Notes under the pieces: model-generated | What the model saw: only the letters and a program-made list of their open reading frames with translations | The model's database searches: none | What the model was told of the DNA's origin: nothing | Part shown: piece after piece, positions 9,996 through 19,623 of the stretch | Numbering within the stretch: the first letter of the stretch is position 1 | Layout of the letters: each line of letters starts with the position of its first letter | Made by a program: the position numbers and the translations under genes | NCBI GenBank assembly: GCA_052144015.1 | Contig: JBKQRG010000380.1 | Coordinates: forward strand, 1-46,449 | Length of the DNA: 46,449 nucleotides | Reading direction: 5' to 3' | Source of the DNA: Desulfomonilaceae bacterium | GTDB taxonomy: Bacteria; Desulfobacterota; Desulfomonilia; Desulfomonilales; Desulfomonilaceae

Positions 9996-11088
9996 TGAAA
10001 CCTTGAAAAAAGCCATAGAAATGGGCGCGTCCGACGTTCATTTAAAGGTCCCGTTGCCTCCGGTGACAAGGGTCAATGGCGTCTTGGCTCCCTTGAAGGG
10101 TGAAGATCGTCTTACGCCCGACGAAGTTAAACGGATAGCACTGTCTGTCATGAATGAACGTCAGAGGGAGATTTTTACTAAGACCAGGGAATTAGATATG
10201 GCCTACGGGGTCAGCAAATTGGCCAGATTCCGAGTCAATGTTTTTTGGCAAAGGGACTCTATCGCAATGGTTTTTCGCGCAATTCCCTCTGAGCCGCCTT
10301 TGCTAAAGGACTTGAACCTGCCTCCCATCGTTGAAAAAATAAGTGCAGAGAACCGAGGTCTTGTTCTGGTGACCGGGACAACGGGATCAGGCAAAACCAC
10401 AACCCTGGCGTCCATGATCCATCAGATCAACTCTTTTCGCAACTGTCATATTATCACCATCGAAGATCCAATTGAATTCCTGCATAGAGACCGCAAAAGC
10501 ATTATTAACCAGAGAGAGGTGGGGCAGGACACACTTTCATTCCAAAATGCCCTGCGTTCAGCGCTCCGCGAGGACCCGGATGTCATCCTGGTAGGTGAAA
10601 TGCGTGACCTGGAAACAATCGAAATAGCTATGCTTGCAGCAGAGACGGGGCACCTTGTGTTCAGCACGCTCCACACGCTCGATGCTACCGAAACGATCAA
10701 CCGGGTTGTCTCGGCTTTTCCTATGGAGCATCAGGCATCCATCCGAATCCAATTGGCTGGGCTAATAAAAGGGGTAATTTCACAGAGACTACTGCCCAAG
10801 GCTGACGGTAATGGACGAATTCCCGCGATTGAAGTGCTCATATCAACAGCCCGAATAAGGGAATGTATTGGCGAGGAGCGGAGGTTACGCGAGATCAGGG
10901 ACGCCATAGCCGAAGGCCACATAAGCTACGGTATGCAAACGTTCGATCAGTCATTGATGCAATTGTTCCAGCGGAAGCAAATTACATACGATATTGCTTT
11001 GGCCGCAGCATCGAATCCTGATGACTTTGCTCTGTTTGCTAGGGGAATTACAGGCACCTCCGAGGCCAAATGGGAGATGAATGCTTGA
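9982..11088 (+). CDS. pilT: type IV pilus retraction ATPase PilT
   Basis: Walker [29 protein letters not shown], and the FSTLHT His-box typical of PilT/PilU secretion ATPases. Its start overlaps the recA stop by 14 nt. Confidence 0.9.
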   Translation: MMDLDETLKKAIEMGASDVHLKVPLPPVTRVNGVLAPLKGEDRLTPDEVKRIALSVMNERQREIFTKTRELDMAYGVSKLARFRVNVFWQRDSIAMVFRAIPSEPPLLKDLNLPPIVEKISAENRGLVLVTGTTGSGKTTTLASMIHQINSFRNCHIITIEDPIEFLHRDRKSIINQREVGQDTLSFQNALRSALREDPDVILVGEMRDLETIEIAMLAAETGHLVFSTLHTLDATETINRVVSAFPMEHQASIRIQLAGLIKGVISQRLLPKADGNGRIPAIEVLISTARIRECIGEERRLREIRDAIAEGHISYGMQTFDQSLMQLFQRKQITYDIALAAASNPDDFALFARGITGTSEAKWEMNA

Positions 11089-11159
11089 GCCGCCCCTAAT
11101 GAAGAAGACTATTCGCATAACATTCTGAATCACAGAAGTGAATAGCGGAGGAAGACGTA

Positions 11160-11582
11160 GTGAACGAATTTAAGGTCATGCTTGTTGATGACGAAAAAGA
11201 TTTTTTGGAAACGCTCTGCAAAAGACTTACAAAACGCAAGTTAGATGTTACTTCGGCCAATAGTGGACGAGAAGCCATAGCCAAAATACAAGAATTTCCT
11301 GTCGATGTAGTGGTGCTTGACGTCAGGATGCCCGGCATGAACGGAATAGAAACATTGAAGGAAATTAAAAAGATAAAACCTTCAGTGGAAGTCATCATGC
11401 TTACGGCCCATGCCGATGTCCAAGTCGCTATAGAAGGGATGGAATTAGGGGCATTCGACTACCTTATGAAACCTATGGAGATCGATGACCTTCTTTATAA
11501 ATTGCAAGACGCGTACAAGAAGAAATGGTGCCGTGAAGAAACCGAAAAATGCGAGTTGCCGCCATCTCTTCAACTGAGCTAA
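11160..11582 (+). CDS. single-domain response regulator (CheY-like receiver)
   Basis: Receiver-domain residues are present: DDEKDF (acidic pocket), the phospho-acceptor in VVVLDVRMPGMNG, T in IMLTAH, and K in YLMKP. Confidence 0.8.
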   Translation: MNEFKVMLVDDEKDFLETLCKRLTKRKLDVTSANSGREAIAKIQEFPVDVVVLDVRMPGMNGIETLKEIKKIKPSVEVIMLTAHADVQVAIEGMELGAFDYLMKPMEIDDLLYKLQDAYKKKWCREETEKCELPPSLQLS

Positions 11583-11834
11583 TTCTCTCTATGCTGTGTG
11601 TCTGAATTGAAAACTTGCGTCGCTCCGGTTAATATTTATAGAAATGCGAAGGCTTTTTGACGTGTAAAACATCTGATAATTTTCACGAGTTTTCTATTAT
11701 CGATATGCCCAATTATTCGATGGGATTATCTAGAATGTTCGGGGGACCTGGCGTTTCGCCTTGCTTTGGTAAAACTTAGCATTTCCGGAACGGTTATTCC
11801 GTGGCTGTCGATAAATTAATGAGGAGGAAAATGC

Positions 11835-13115
11835 ATGAAAGTGGGTAAGAACCTGTACCGGATGCTCATGGCTGCCTCAATGGCCCACGCGAAGTGGGAT
11901 TACGAGACATCCATGAACATATTGAAAGACAAAAAAAGAGTATATTTATTGGGGTTGATGTTGCTGCCGGCAATTTTCACCTCACTGGCCTTGGCTGCGG
12001 AATTGCCGAGTGTTTTGGGCGGACATGAAGCCTATACACCCGCGTTTTATTCCACGAACATATTTATCGTTTCCATTCTGGTGGGACTTTGCGCTGGGCT
12101 GATCACCGGCTGCATCGGAGCGGGCGGCGGTTTCATAATAACCCCTGCGCTTATGAGCGCAGGAGTAAAGGGTATTCTTGCGGTAGGAACCGATTTGTTC
12201 CACATATTCGCGAAAGCCATTATGGGAACAGCCATTCATAGGAAGCTGGGAAATGTGTCAGTCGGTTTGGCAATAGCCTTCTTAGTCGGCTCCGGCATAG
12301 GAGTGACCGGCGGAGGTTTCATCAACAGAGCTCTTTATGAATACGATCCCGTTGTCAGTGATGCTTTCATAAGTGTCGTTTACGTTGTGCTGCTGGGATT
12401 TCTAGGATTTTACTCTTTGGCCGATTTTCTTACGCTCAGAAAGGCAGAGGCCGGTGTCGGCGCCCATGTCGGAGAAAGCGTCCATGGCGAAGAGGTAGCA
12501 ACGGGCAAGGTTGGACTTCCGGCCAGATTGCAATCCTCCACGATTCCGCCGGTCATCACTTTTGACGAAGACCTAGTTCCGGGAGGCAAGAAGATCCCTG
12601 CCCTTTTTGTTGCTGTTTGTGGAGCTATTGTAGGCTTAATGGCAGCGATCATGGGGGTTGGAGGAGGTTTTATCACTTTCCCGATCTTCGTGTATGTCCT
12701 GGGAGTATCTTCATTCACAACTGTGGGGACAGACATACTGCAAATAATTTTTACCGCTGGTTACGCATCCATTGCGCAATATGCGGTCTACGGGTTTATC
12801 TTTTACACTCTGGCTATGGGCATGCTGTTGGGTTCTTTGATAGGAGTTCAAATAGGCGCCCTTACGACAAAAGTAGTCAAAGGCATTTATATCAGGGGAT
12901 TTTATGCGACTGCTATTTTGTCCGGCTTTGCAAACAGGTTTTTTGCGCTACCGGAAAAACTCAATCAGATGGAGGTCATTCGGATTTCAGATTCTTTGGC
13001 GTCCGGCCTGAGCCAAATAGGCACATGGGTCTTTTTCGTGGTCGTAGGAATATTCGCCATATGGGTTCTGGGAAAATTCTTTGGCAGCATAAAATTCCTG
13101 AGAGGGGAGGTGTAA
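11835..13115 (+). CDS. TauE/SafE (DUF81) family anion exporter-like membrane protein
   Basis: Two copies of the DUF81 glycine motif (GCIGAGGGFIITPAL and GVGGGFITFPIF) are separated by a soluble insert. There are multiple TM helices. Confidence 0.7.
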   Translation: MKVGKNLYRMLMAASMAHAKWDYETSMNILKDKKRVYLLGLMLLPAIFTSLALAAELPSVLGGHEAYTPAFYSTNIFIVSILVGLCAGLITGCIGAGGGFIITPALMSAGVKGILAVGTDLFHIFAKAIMGTAIHRKLGNVSVGLAIAFLVGSGIGVTGGGFINRALYEYDPVVSDAFISVVYVVLLGFLGFYSLADFLTLRKAEAGVGAHVGESVHGEEVATGKVGLPARLQSSTIPPVITFDEDLVPGGKKIPALFVAVCGAIVGLMAAIMGVGGGFITFPIFVYVLGVSSFTTVGTDILQIIFTAGYASIAQYAVYGFIFYTLAMGMLLGSLIGVQIGALTTKVVKGIYIRGFYATAILSGFANRFFALPEKLNQMEVIRISDSLASGLSQIGTWVFFVVVGIFAIWVLGKFFGSIKFLRGEV

Positions 13116-13119
13116 TAAC

Positions 13120-13827
13120 ATGTTGGTCAAACAAAAGGGGACGTTCATAAAAGGATTGGTTATGGCAGTCGCTTTCTTGGTAGTTCTGATCATCATGTTT
13201 TCGCCTATATTCGGCGGACAAAATGCCATGGTAGCTGCAGATAAACTTTTTAATTCGATTGCCAAGGGCTCTACAAACTACTTCCCCGGCCTGCTGCAGA
13301 AAAATGCGGAATATGCGAATAAAATGTTTGATGTGAACCTTAAATTAAAGGACCAGGACATGGCACGGAAGGCCGCCAAAATAGTGACCGCGGCCGGTGC
13401 CAAATCTACGGGAGAAACTGCGGAAATCAAAGTAAACGGGGATTTGGGCAGCGTCGTTTCCGCGGCGCTGAAAGATTCCGAGGCTATGTTCAATAATCGT
13501 GAAACCGAGCTGTCAGGCAAGTATGGGATGCCGGGTCAAGAAGCGCTGTACGTCTGGTGGAACGTGTTCAAGGAAATTGACAAAGATCTGACTAGACAAA
13601 AACAGTTCAAGGAGGCCAGCTTTGTGGCGGATGTCGTAAAAAAAGGTATAGAAGTAGCTTACAACTTTGCCAAAATCGAGCCTGAAAGCGCGGCATCCAG
13701 AATGGGCATTCTGAGCTTCTCGTTAATCTTTTATGTTATTTATACATTATGGTGGGGACTCGCGGTCATGTACATTTTTGAAGGAATCGGTCTGCAAATG
13801 ACCGCCGGGGCTAAGAAAGAAATGTAG
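13120..13827 (+). CDS. hypothetical membrane protein, probably co-transcribed with the TauE-like gene
   Basis: A 4-nt gap separates it from the upstream gene. It has an N-terminal TM (LVMAVAFLVVLIIMF) and a C-terminal TM (ILSFSLIFYVIYTLWWGLAVMYIF). No recognisable domain. Confidence 0.5.
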   Translation: MLVKQKGTFIKGLVMAVAFLVVLIIMFSPIFGGQNAMVAADKLFNSIAKGSTNYFPGLLQKNAEYANKMFDVNLKLKDQDMARKAAKIVTAAGAKSTGETAEIKVNGDLGSVVSAALKDSEAMFNNRETELSGKYGMPGQEALYVWWNVFKEIDKDLTRQKQFKEASFVADVVKKGIEVAYNFAKIEPESAASRMGILSFSLIFYVIYTLWWGLAVMYIFEGIGLQMTAGAKKEM

Positions 13828-14115
13828 GTTTATCTTTACTGGGCTTTTACATTTAATGCGTTAGTCTCTACAAACTTGTCCCCATAAGCAATCGGCAATC
13901 TTTCTGTACGGGCGACCGATGGTCGCCCTTCCATTAAGATGCGTTGAACGTGAGTTGTAGAATTACCCGGAATGTGGCTGGTTTCATACTGCCCCTGATG
14001 CCCGAACATGGTTCAAAAAACAATTTTGCGCTTCCGTTGTCTTCGAAGGTGAAGGATTTTATATCAACCTTCATTCTCTAATAACTCAAAAAATTGCACT
14101 AATCGTTGCGGAATT

Positions 14116-16794
14116 ATGACCAGAATAGCCGAATTCATAAAACAAACCATATTACGAATCTTCGGAAAAGACGATCATGCAGCCGGTTTGCAGGATGTCC
14201 GTGCAGCCTTTGCCTCCAGATACCACAATTTCAAGCTTCTTCTTACGGCGAATAATAAGGCTCTGGAAATCATGAGCGATCTGGAGAAGGCCCTTGACGG
14301 CACGCAGCCGTTCGGAATGTCCTTTATAAAATCTAACTGCACTGCCATTTCCGTAAATTTGTACAAAATAATCAAGCACCTAGACGAATTGGCGCCGGGA
14401 AAATACGGCGAGTTGTACAGTCGCTTCAAAACTATTCGGGATGCTATCGACCAGAATCTTGTTCAAAAAAAGCTCCCCAAAGGGGACAAACTTGTATTAC
14501 CTTTCCGCTCCATTGACAGCACGATGGTCGATCAGGTGGGGAGCAAAATGGCCAATGTGGCTGAAATTGCCAATCAGGTCCATTTGCCTGTTCCCGGCGG
14601 ATTTGTAGTGACATCTCTGGGATATCAACGATTTGTAGAACATAATGAATTACAGCAAGAGATCGATCGGCGTATCCAAGCTGCAAATGCCGAAAACCTC
14701 CAAGAATTGTACAGCTTGAGTGCGGATATCCAGCAGCTGATAATTCGCTCATCGGCCCCTAAAGATCTTGAAACAGCCATTCTGGAAGCATACGCGGAAC
14801 TGGAAAAAGATTTTGGCCAAGACGTCAAGGTATCAGTTCGCAGCAGCGCTTTGGGAGAGGATGCAGCTGGGAGATCCTTTGCGGGACAATTCCGAACTCA
14901 ACTGAACGTCAGTCACGATAATCTTGTAGACGTTTACAAAGAGATAGTGGCCAGCAAATATGGTTTGCCCGCCGTGACATATAGACTCAATAGAGGCATC
15001 CCGGACGAAGATGTCGCTATGTGTGTCGGATTTATGCCCATGGTGGATGCAGTCGCCGGCGGTGTAATGTATTCGAGGAATCCCCTGAACATTCGAGACG
15101 CATCAATCATCATTAATTCCGTATGGGGATTGGCCAGGGCGGTTGTGGATGGGAGCGTTGACCCGGACGTGTTCGTAATTGCCAGATCCCAGCCTATGGA
15201 AATAATTGAAAGAAATATCAAGCTTAAAGAATTGCAATTTGTTTGCGATCTTACTGAAGGCGTGTGCCGGATGACCCTGACCGGCGACAAAGGCGGTTCT
15301 CAATCCATAAGCGATGATCAGGCTTTGGAATTAGCGTCGATGGGCGACAAATTGGAGCAATATTACGGTTCACCCCAGGATATAGAATGGGCAGTTACAC
15401 CCGAAGGTTCGATCTATATTCTTCAATGCAGACCGCTCAAGCAGCTGCAAATGGCTCATACTACAATAAAATCATCTGGTCGTGGAGAGATCGCGGAGCC
15501 ATTTATCGCCCGTGGAGGTGTTACTGCTTCCCCGGGCGTAGCCGATGGCCATGTTTTCGTGGTTAAGAACGATGTGGACAAGCTGAAATTTCCGGAGGGG
15601 GCAGTTTTGGTAACCGCCCAATCGCTTCCTCGGTGGGCCCCCTTGTTGGGCAAGGCCTCCGCTGTAGTCACTGAGATAGGTGGAGTTGCGGGTCATCTCG
15701 CAAACGTTGCGAGGGAATTCGGAGTGCCTGCGGTTTTCGGTGTTCCACTAGCGACTGAAATCATGAAGAACGGCGAGATAGTCACGGTCGATGCTGATGG
15801 AATGACCGTATATCAGGGTCGAGTGAAAAGCTTATTAGCTTCGAATGAGGGTAAAAAAAGGCTGATGGAGGGCAGCCCTATTTATGAGGTCCTGCATCGG
15901 GTGGCGGCTCATATTGTTCCCCTAAACCTTCTCGACCCGGATTTGCCGGAATTCCGTCCATCAAAATGTCTCACCTATCATGATATCACGCGGTTTTGTC
16001 ATGAGAAATCTGTCCATGAAATGTTCAATTTCGGAAAAGAGCATCATTTTTCTGAACGTTCCAGTAAGCAGTTAGTGTGCAATGTTCCGATGCAATGGTG
16101 GATTATTAACCTGGATGATGGATTTAGACAGGACGTGGAAGGTAAGTTCGTCCAGCTTGACAACATAATCTCGATACCCATGCTTGCAATATGGGACGGA
16201 GTGACAGCGATTCCTTGGGGTGGACCGCCTCCAGTTGATGCGAAAGGATTGATGTCGATTTTGGTTCAGGCTACTCACAATCCTGCACTGAATCCGGCTA
16301 CGGCTTCTGCTTATTCGGCCCGGAACTACTTCATGTTATCTAAGAATTTTTGTAGCCTCACGTCTCGATTCGGCTTCCATTTCTCCACTGTGGAAGCACT
16401 TGTGGGCGAACGGGCATCGGAAAACTATGCGAGTTTCTCTTTCAAAGGTGGTGCGGCCGATTTTGGTCGACGACGAAGGCGGGCGGGGCTTGTGGCCGAA
16501 ATCCTGGAAAATTTCGATTTCCGTGTTGAGGTTAAGGAAGACAGCGCGTTTGCCCGGATTGAGGGGCTCGACGAGGAATCGATGAAAATCCGTCTGAACA
16601 TTCTGGGATATTTGATTATTCATACGCGTCAATTGGATATGGTCATGTCCAGCGATGGTTCACTGCAGGAATATAGGGGAAGACTCCTGAAAGACATAGA
16701 ATCTATTGTTCGTGCTAAATCATCGGTAAAGCAGGAAAGCTCTGTTGGACCTTCCATCCACCAACCCGCTGCTCTTGGGGAAACCGTTAATTAA
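14116..16794 (+). CDS. PEP-utilizing enzyme family protein (PEP-synthase-like ATP-grasp plus mobile His domain, non-canonical C-terminal domain)
   Basis: The N-terminal PEP/pyruvate-binding domain (VGSKMANVAEIAN...VPGGFVVTS) and the central mobile domain GGVAGHLANVAREFGVPAVFGV (phospho-His) are present. The C-terminal ~330 aa do not look like the usual TIM-barrel. Confidence 0.75.
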   Translation: MTRIAEFIKQTILRIFGKDDHAAGLQDVRAAFASRYHNFKLLLTANNKALEIMSDLEKALDGTQPFGMSFIKSNCTAISVNLYKIIKHLDELAPGKYGELYSRFKTIRDAIDQNLVQKKLPKGDKLVLPFRSIDSTMVDQVGSKMANVAEIANQVHLPVPGGFVVTSLGYQRFVEHNELQQEIDRRIQAANAENLQELYSLSADIQQLIIRSSAPKDLETAILEAYAELEKDFGQDVKVSVRSSALGEDAAGRSFAGQFRTQLNVSHDNLVDVYKEIVASKYGLPAVTYRLNRGIPDEDVAMCVGFMPMVDAVAGGVMYSRNPLNIRDASIIINSVWGLARAVVDGSVDPDVFVIARSQPMEIIERNIKLKELQFVCDLTEGVCRMTLTGDKGGSQSISDDQALELASMGDKLEQYYGSPQDIEWAVTPEGSIYILQCRPLKQLQMAHTTIKSSGRGEIAEPFIARGGVTASPGVADGHVFVVKNDVDKLKFPEGAVLVTAQSLPRWAPLLGKASAVVTEIGGVAGHLANVAREFGVPAVFGVPLATEIMKNGEIVTVDADGMTVYQGRVKSLLASNEGKKRLMEGSPIYEVLHRVAAHIVPLNLLDPDLPEFRPSKCLTYHDITRFCHEKSVHEMFNFGKEHHFSERSSKQLVCNVPMQWWIINLDDGFRQDVEGKFVQLDNIISIPMLAIWDGVTAIPWGGPPPVDAKGLMSILVQATHNPALNPATASAYSARNYFMLSKNFCSLTSRFGFHFSTVEALVGERASENYASFSFKGGAADFGRRRRRAGLVAEILENFDFRVEVKEDSAFARIEGLDEESMKIRLNILGYLIIHTRQLDMVMSSDGSLQEYRGRLLKDIESIVRAKSSVKQESSVGPSIHQPAALGETVN

Positions 16795-17112
16795 ATCAAT
16801 GGAATCTAATAAAACCACTCGACTCGGAATTCCACAGTTCCTGTGAATAAGTTGGGAGTAACCCTGTGGATATCAATCCATCCATTAGGATAATGTTAGT
16901 TTTCCAGCAGAGTGCATGATCGGGGTACACTCGGGATAATACAGTTTTGTCAATATGTTACAAATCAGCTAACCATGCTGTTTCCGGCGCTGACGATTTG
17001 CCAATGTATTTCGAACTCTTTCACATGAATGACTGATTTTCGGTCTTGTTTTCAGAAGGAACAGCATTGATACCAGTTCGCCATTAATTTTGTAACAAAC
17101 GGCAGGTCAGCT

Positions 17113-17199
17113 GTCATTGCGAGGAGTGAAACGACGAAGCAATCTCATTAGTAAGAGATTGCTTCGGGCTTGACGCCCTCGCAATGACAAATCCACGCC
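17113..17199. repeat. REP/MITE-like palindromic repeat, copy A
   Basis: GTCATTGCGAGG...GAAGCAATCTC / GAGATTGCTTC...CCTCGCAATGAC inverted arms followed by AAATCCACGCC. It is related to copies at 34803 and 34934. Confidence 0.6.
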
Positions 17200-17325
17200 C
17201 CGTGTAACTGAAGGATTTCCGTAATCACACCCTTTTACTTGAAAAACCGCTAAGCTCCTGTTACAGTCTATCGTCGCATTCACCCCTATTCTAAGGCGCA
17301 ACGCTATCCTTCAAATGAGGACATT

Positions 17326-17988
17326 TTGTTAGCGCGGGTTCATTCCGGCACGCTGATCGGGATTGATGCTCACCCAGTGGAGGTCGAAGTCGACGTTTAT
17401 CCGGGGATGGCTTCCATAGCTGTGGTCGGGCTGCCTGATAATGCGGTGAAAGAAAGCACCGCTCGGGTAAAATCGGCTATAGTGAATAGCGGATACCCCT
17501 TTCCTGTCCGGCGTATTACGGTGAACCTGGCTCCGGCCGACCTCAAGAAGGAAGGCGCGGGCTTTGATCTTCCTATAGGCGTGGGCATGCTTGCCGCGCT
17601 AAATCTTCTCCCTTCCGACAAACTCAATGATTACATGATAGTGGGTGAGCTGGCCCTTGACGGCCGCATTAAAGCGGTTCGAGGAGCCCTGAGTATCAGC
17701 CTGGCTGCACGTGAACTCGGTTTCAAAGGTCTCATTTTACCTGCGGCCAATGCCGCGGAAGCCGCGGTGGTTGAAGGCCTAAATGTCTATGGTGTTTCAG
17801 ACTTTCTCACTACAACAGGTTTTTTGATGGGCCGAGTTCCGCTGGAAGCTGCGGCGCCTGCTGTGTCCAAACCATCAGCACGTTTCTCCAGGTATCGTGT
17901 TAATTTCAGCGAAATAAAGGGCCAGGAATTCGCAAAGCGAGCAGTGGAAGTGGCTGCCGCCGGCGGTCACAACGTGTTCATGCTATGA
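17326..17988 (+). pseudogene. comM: comM/yifB (Mg-chelatase-like competence protein) 5' portion, interrupted by an insertion
   Basis: The N-terminal Lon-like domain of YifB/ComM is present (ARVHSGTLIGIDAHPVEVEVDV...VVGLPDNAVKES.ARVKSAI). The ORF stops at ...GGHNVFML*, just before the expected Walker A. The remainder is found at 30136. Confidence 0.85.
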
Positions 17989-18366
17989 CCTCTCTCGCAG
18001 CATCTCGGATGCGATGGAAGAGGACACAACGTTTTGGCGTTATGTTCTCAGTTGATACCAATCGCATCAGGTTTATGCCACTGATATGCAAGGATATTAT
18101 CTATAATCCATATCATTCTTTTCGATGACCGGTTTTTACGCCACTCGGCCGAAAAAGCCAAACAGGAACAAGATAGAGACCGGATTTTTTCAAATGGGGC
18201 GACACTAACAACCTTGCCGTACAAGAGCATGCGCGCTCAAGGAATAAAATAAATAAATATAAATAAATGGAATATCTTATTTATATAATAGATTATATTA
18301 ATCTTATTACATCTAGTAATCTATAGTTATTTTGTTATAACTCATGATTTATATTTGACCGTTCCT

Positions 18367-18750
18367 TCAAACGATCTGCTTACAACGCTCCGTGTTTTCA
18401 GATAGATAATCGTATTTATTTTTTTTGCAAAAAATTACCTGTGGTGAATGTCTAGCGATCTGAGAAAGTGGCTGAGGATTGATTTGACGAAGGCTCAGCG
18501 GGTTTTGTGCATCGTTTTTATCTTTGGGTAGCACTCCCAATAGTATTCGGTTGCGATGGATACCATAGACGGATGCCAATAAACCTCCATATCTGAAGCC
18601 GAATCTGGATTTGCAGAAAATCAGACCCAGGGTGATATCCGATTGGCGAATAGGTCGTGAAAAGTTTTCAATACCTATTCGCATGAACCACCCGACACGG
18701 AATACAGGGCTGCGATACTGATGAACGCATGGGCATATATGCACATTCAC
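18367..18750 (-). CDS. hypothetical protein (element)
   Basis: 127-aa ORF at the left arm of the element, downstream of the recombination operon. No recognisable motif. Confidence 0.3.
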   Translation of the reverse strand: MNVHICPCVHQYRSPVFRVGWFMRIGIENFSRPIRQSDITLGLIFCKSRFGFRYGGLLASVYGIHRNRILLGVLPKDKNDAQNPLSLRQINPQPLSQIARHSPQVIFCKKNKYDYLSENTERCKQIV

Positions 18751-19057
18751 TTATTCGCGGGTAATTTTAATGTGCTATGGGCAATGAGGTAGGGAGTGTG
18801 GGTGTGCGATGATAGGCTTGTTCTCAAAAATCTTCCGGATTTATCGTGTCAGGTAGGACCCTTCTTTTGGGTCCCATATTTTTGTTTAGGAAAACAGTAT
18901 AGGGGCTATGGGGGGTCTTCTTCTAGTTATGATGCAGTATTTCCCATAGTGGGTCGTTCCAAAAGCACTAAAAGCCCTGCCTACAAATCCAACCTGAGCA
19001 CGTTCACAAAAAGACCTCTCTCATTGGATGAGGTCTTCTTGTTTGTCTTTCGGTTTC

Positions 19058-19228
19058 CTACCTGTGATGCTTATGGCCACCACCTTTTCCTATGCCGGTG
19101 CCACATGAACCGCCCCACTTGCCTTCACTGGTGATAATTGGTTCGTCGCTGGGTGTCCAAATGCTGGCCAGTGCTAGGTTGTTGAAGAGCAAGGCAACTA
19201 GACAGACCATGATAACGAATGTTTTCAT
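19058..19228 (-). CDS. small secreted Gly/His-rich peptide (56 aa; below the ORF-track cutoff)
   Basis: By my translation of the minus strand this reads MKTFVIMVCLVALLFNNLALASIWTPSDEPIITSEGKWGGSCGTGIGKGGGHKHHR. A GGAGG RBS lies 8 nt upstream and a clear signal peptide is present. Confidence 0.35.
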   Translation of the reverse strand: MKTFVIMVCLVALLFNNLALASIWTPSDEPIITSEGKWGGSCGTGIGKGGGHKHHR

Positions 19229-19281
19229 CGTTCATGCCTCCTTTTTGGTTTATTCCATTGTTGTGTAGATATAGCCGGCGA

Positions 19282-19608
19282 TTATGAGCCAAGAGTTTCG
19301 TCAAGGCTTTTCTCATCCTCGCTGGCGGGCAGAAGTCCCTCTTTGGTAAGGTCCTGTTCCAGTTTCGCCTCGGCTGCTTCCATACGTTCAGCCGCACTTC
19401 GCAGAATTATTTCCGTTCGCTGTCCGGATTCGTTGATCCTTCTCAGCAGCCCGCCCATTCTCATCGCTCTGGCTTTGAACATATTGGCGGTTTCTTCAAG
19501 AAACTTGCCGATTACGCCCGAGTTGGGCGGTTGAAGAATTACTTCTGTGGACGGCTCATACGGAACCAGCTCGGCCGGTTTACAGTTGGCTTCTTTGCTT
19601 CTCGGCAT
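19282..19608 (-). CDS. hypothetical protein (element recombination operon)
   Basis: An AGGAGGG RBS lies directly upstream of the ATG. The 108-aa protein has a charged, helical C-terminus (AAERMEAAEAKLEQDL). Confidence 0.55.
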   Translation of the reverse strand: MPRSKEANCKPAELVPYEPSTEVILQPPNSGVIGKFLEETANMFKARAMRMGGLLRRINESGQRTEIILRSAAERMEAAEAKLEQDLTKEGLLPASEDEKSLDETLGS

Positions 19609-19623
19609 AGTAATCCCTCCTTT

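Noticed and set aside
11745-11765. Sigma-54 promoter-like CTGGCGTTTCGCCTTGCT upstream of the TauE-like gene
   Set aside because: The GG to GC spacing is one nucleotide longer than the strict -24/-12 spacing, so it is too weak to call.
17107-17301. 64-aa ORF on the minus strand
   Set aside because: It sits on REP-like copy A. Same artefact as above.
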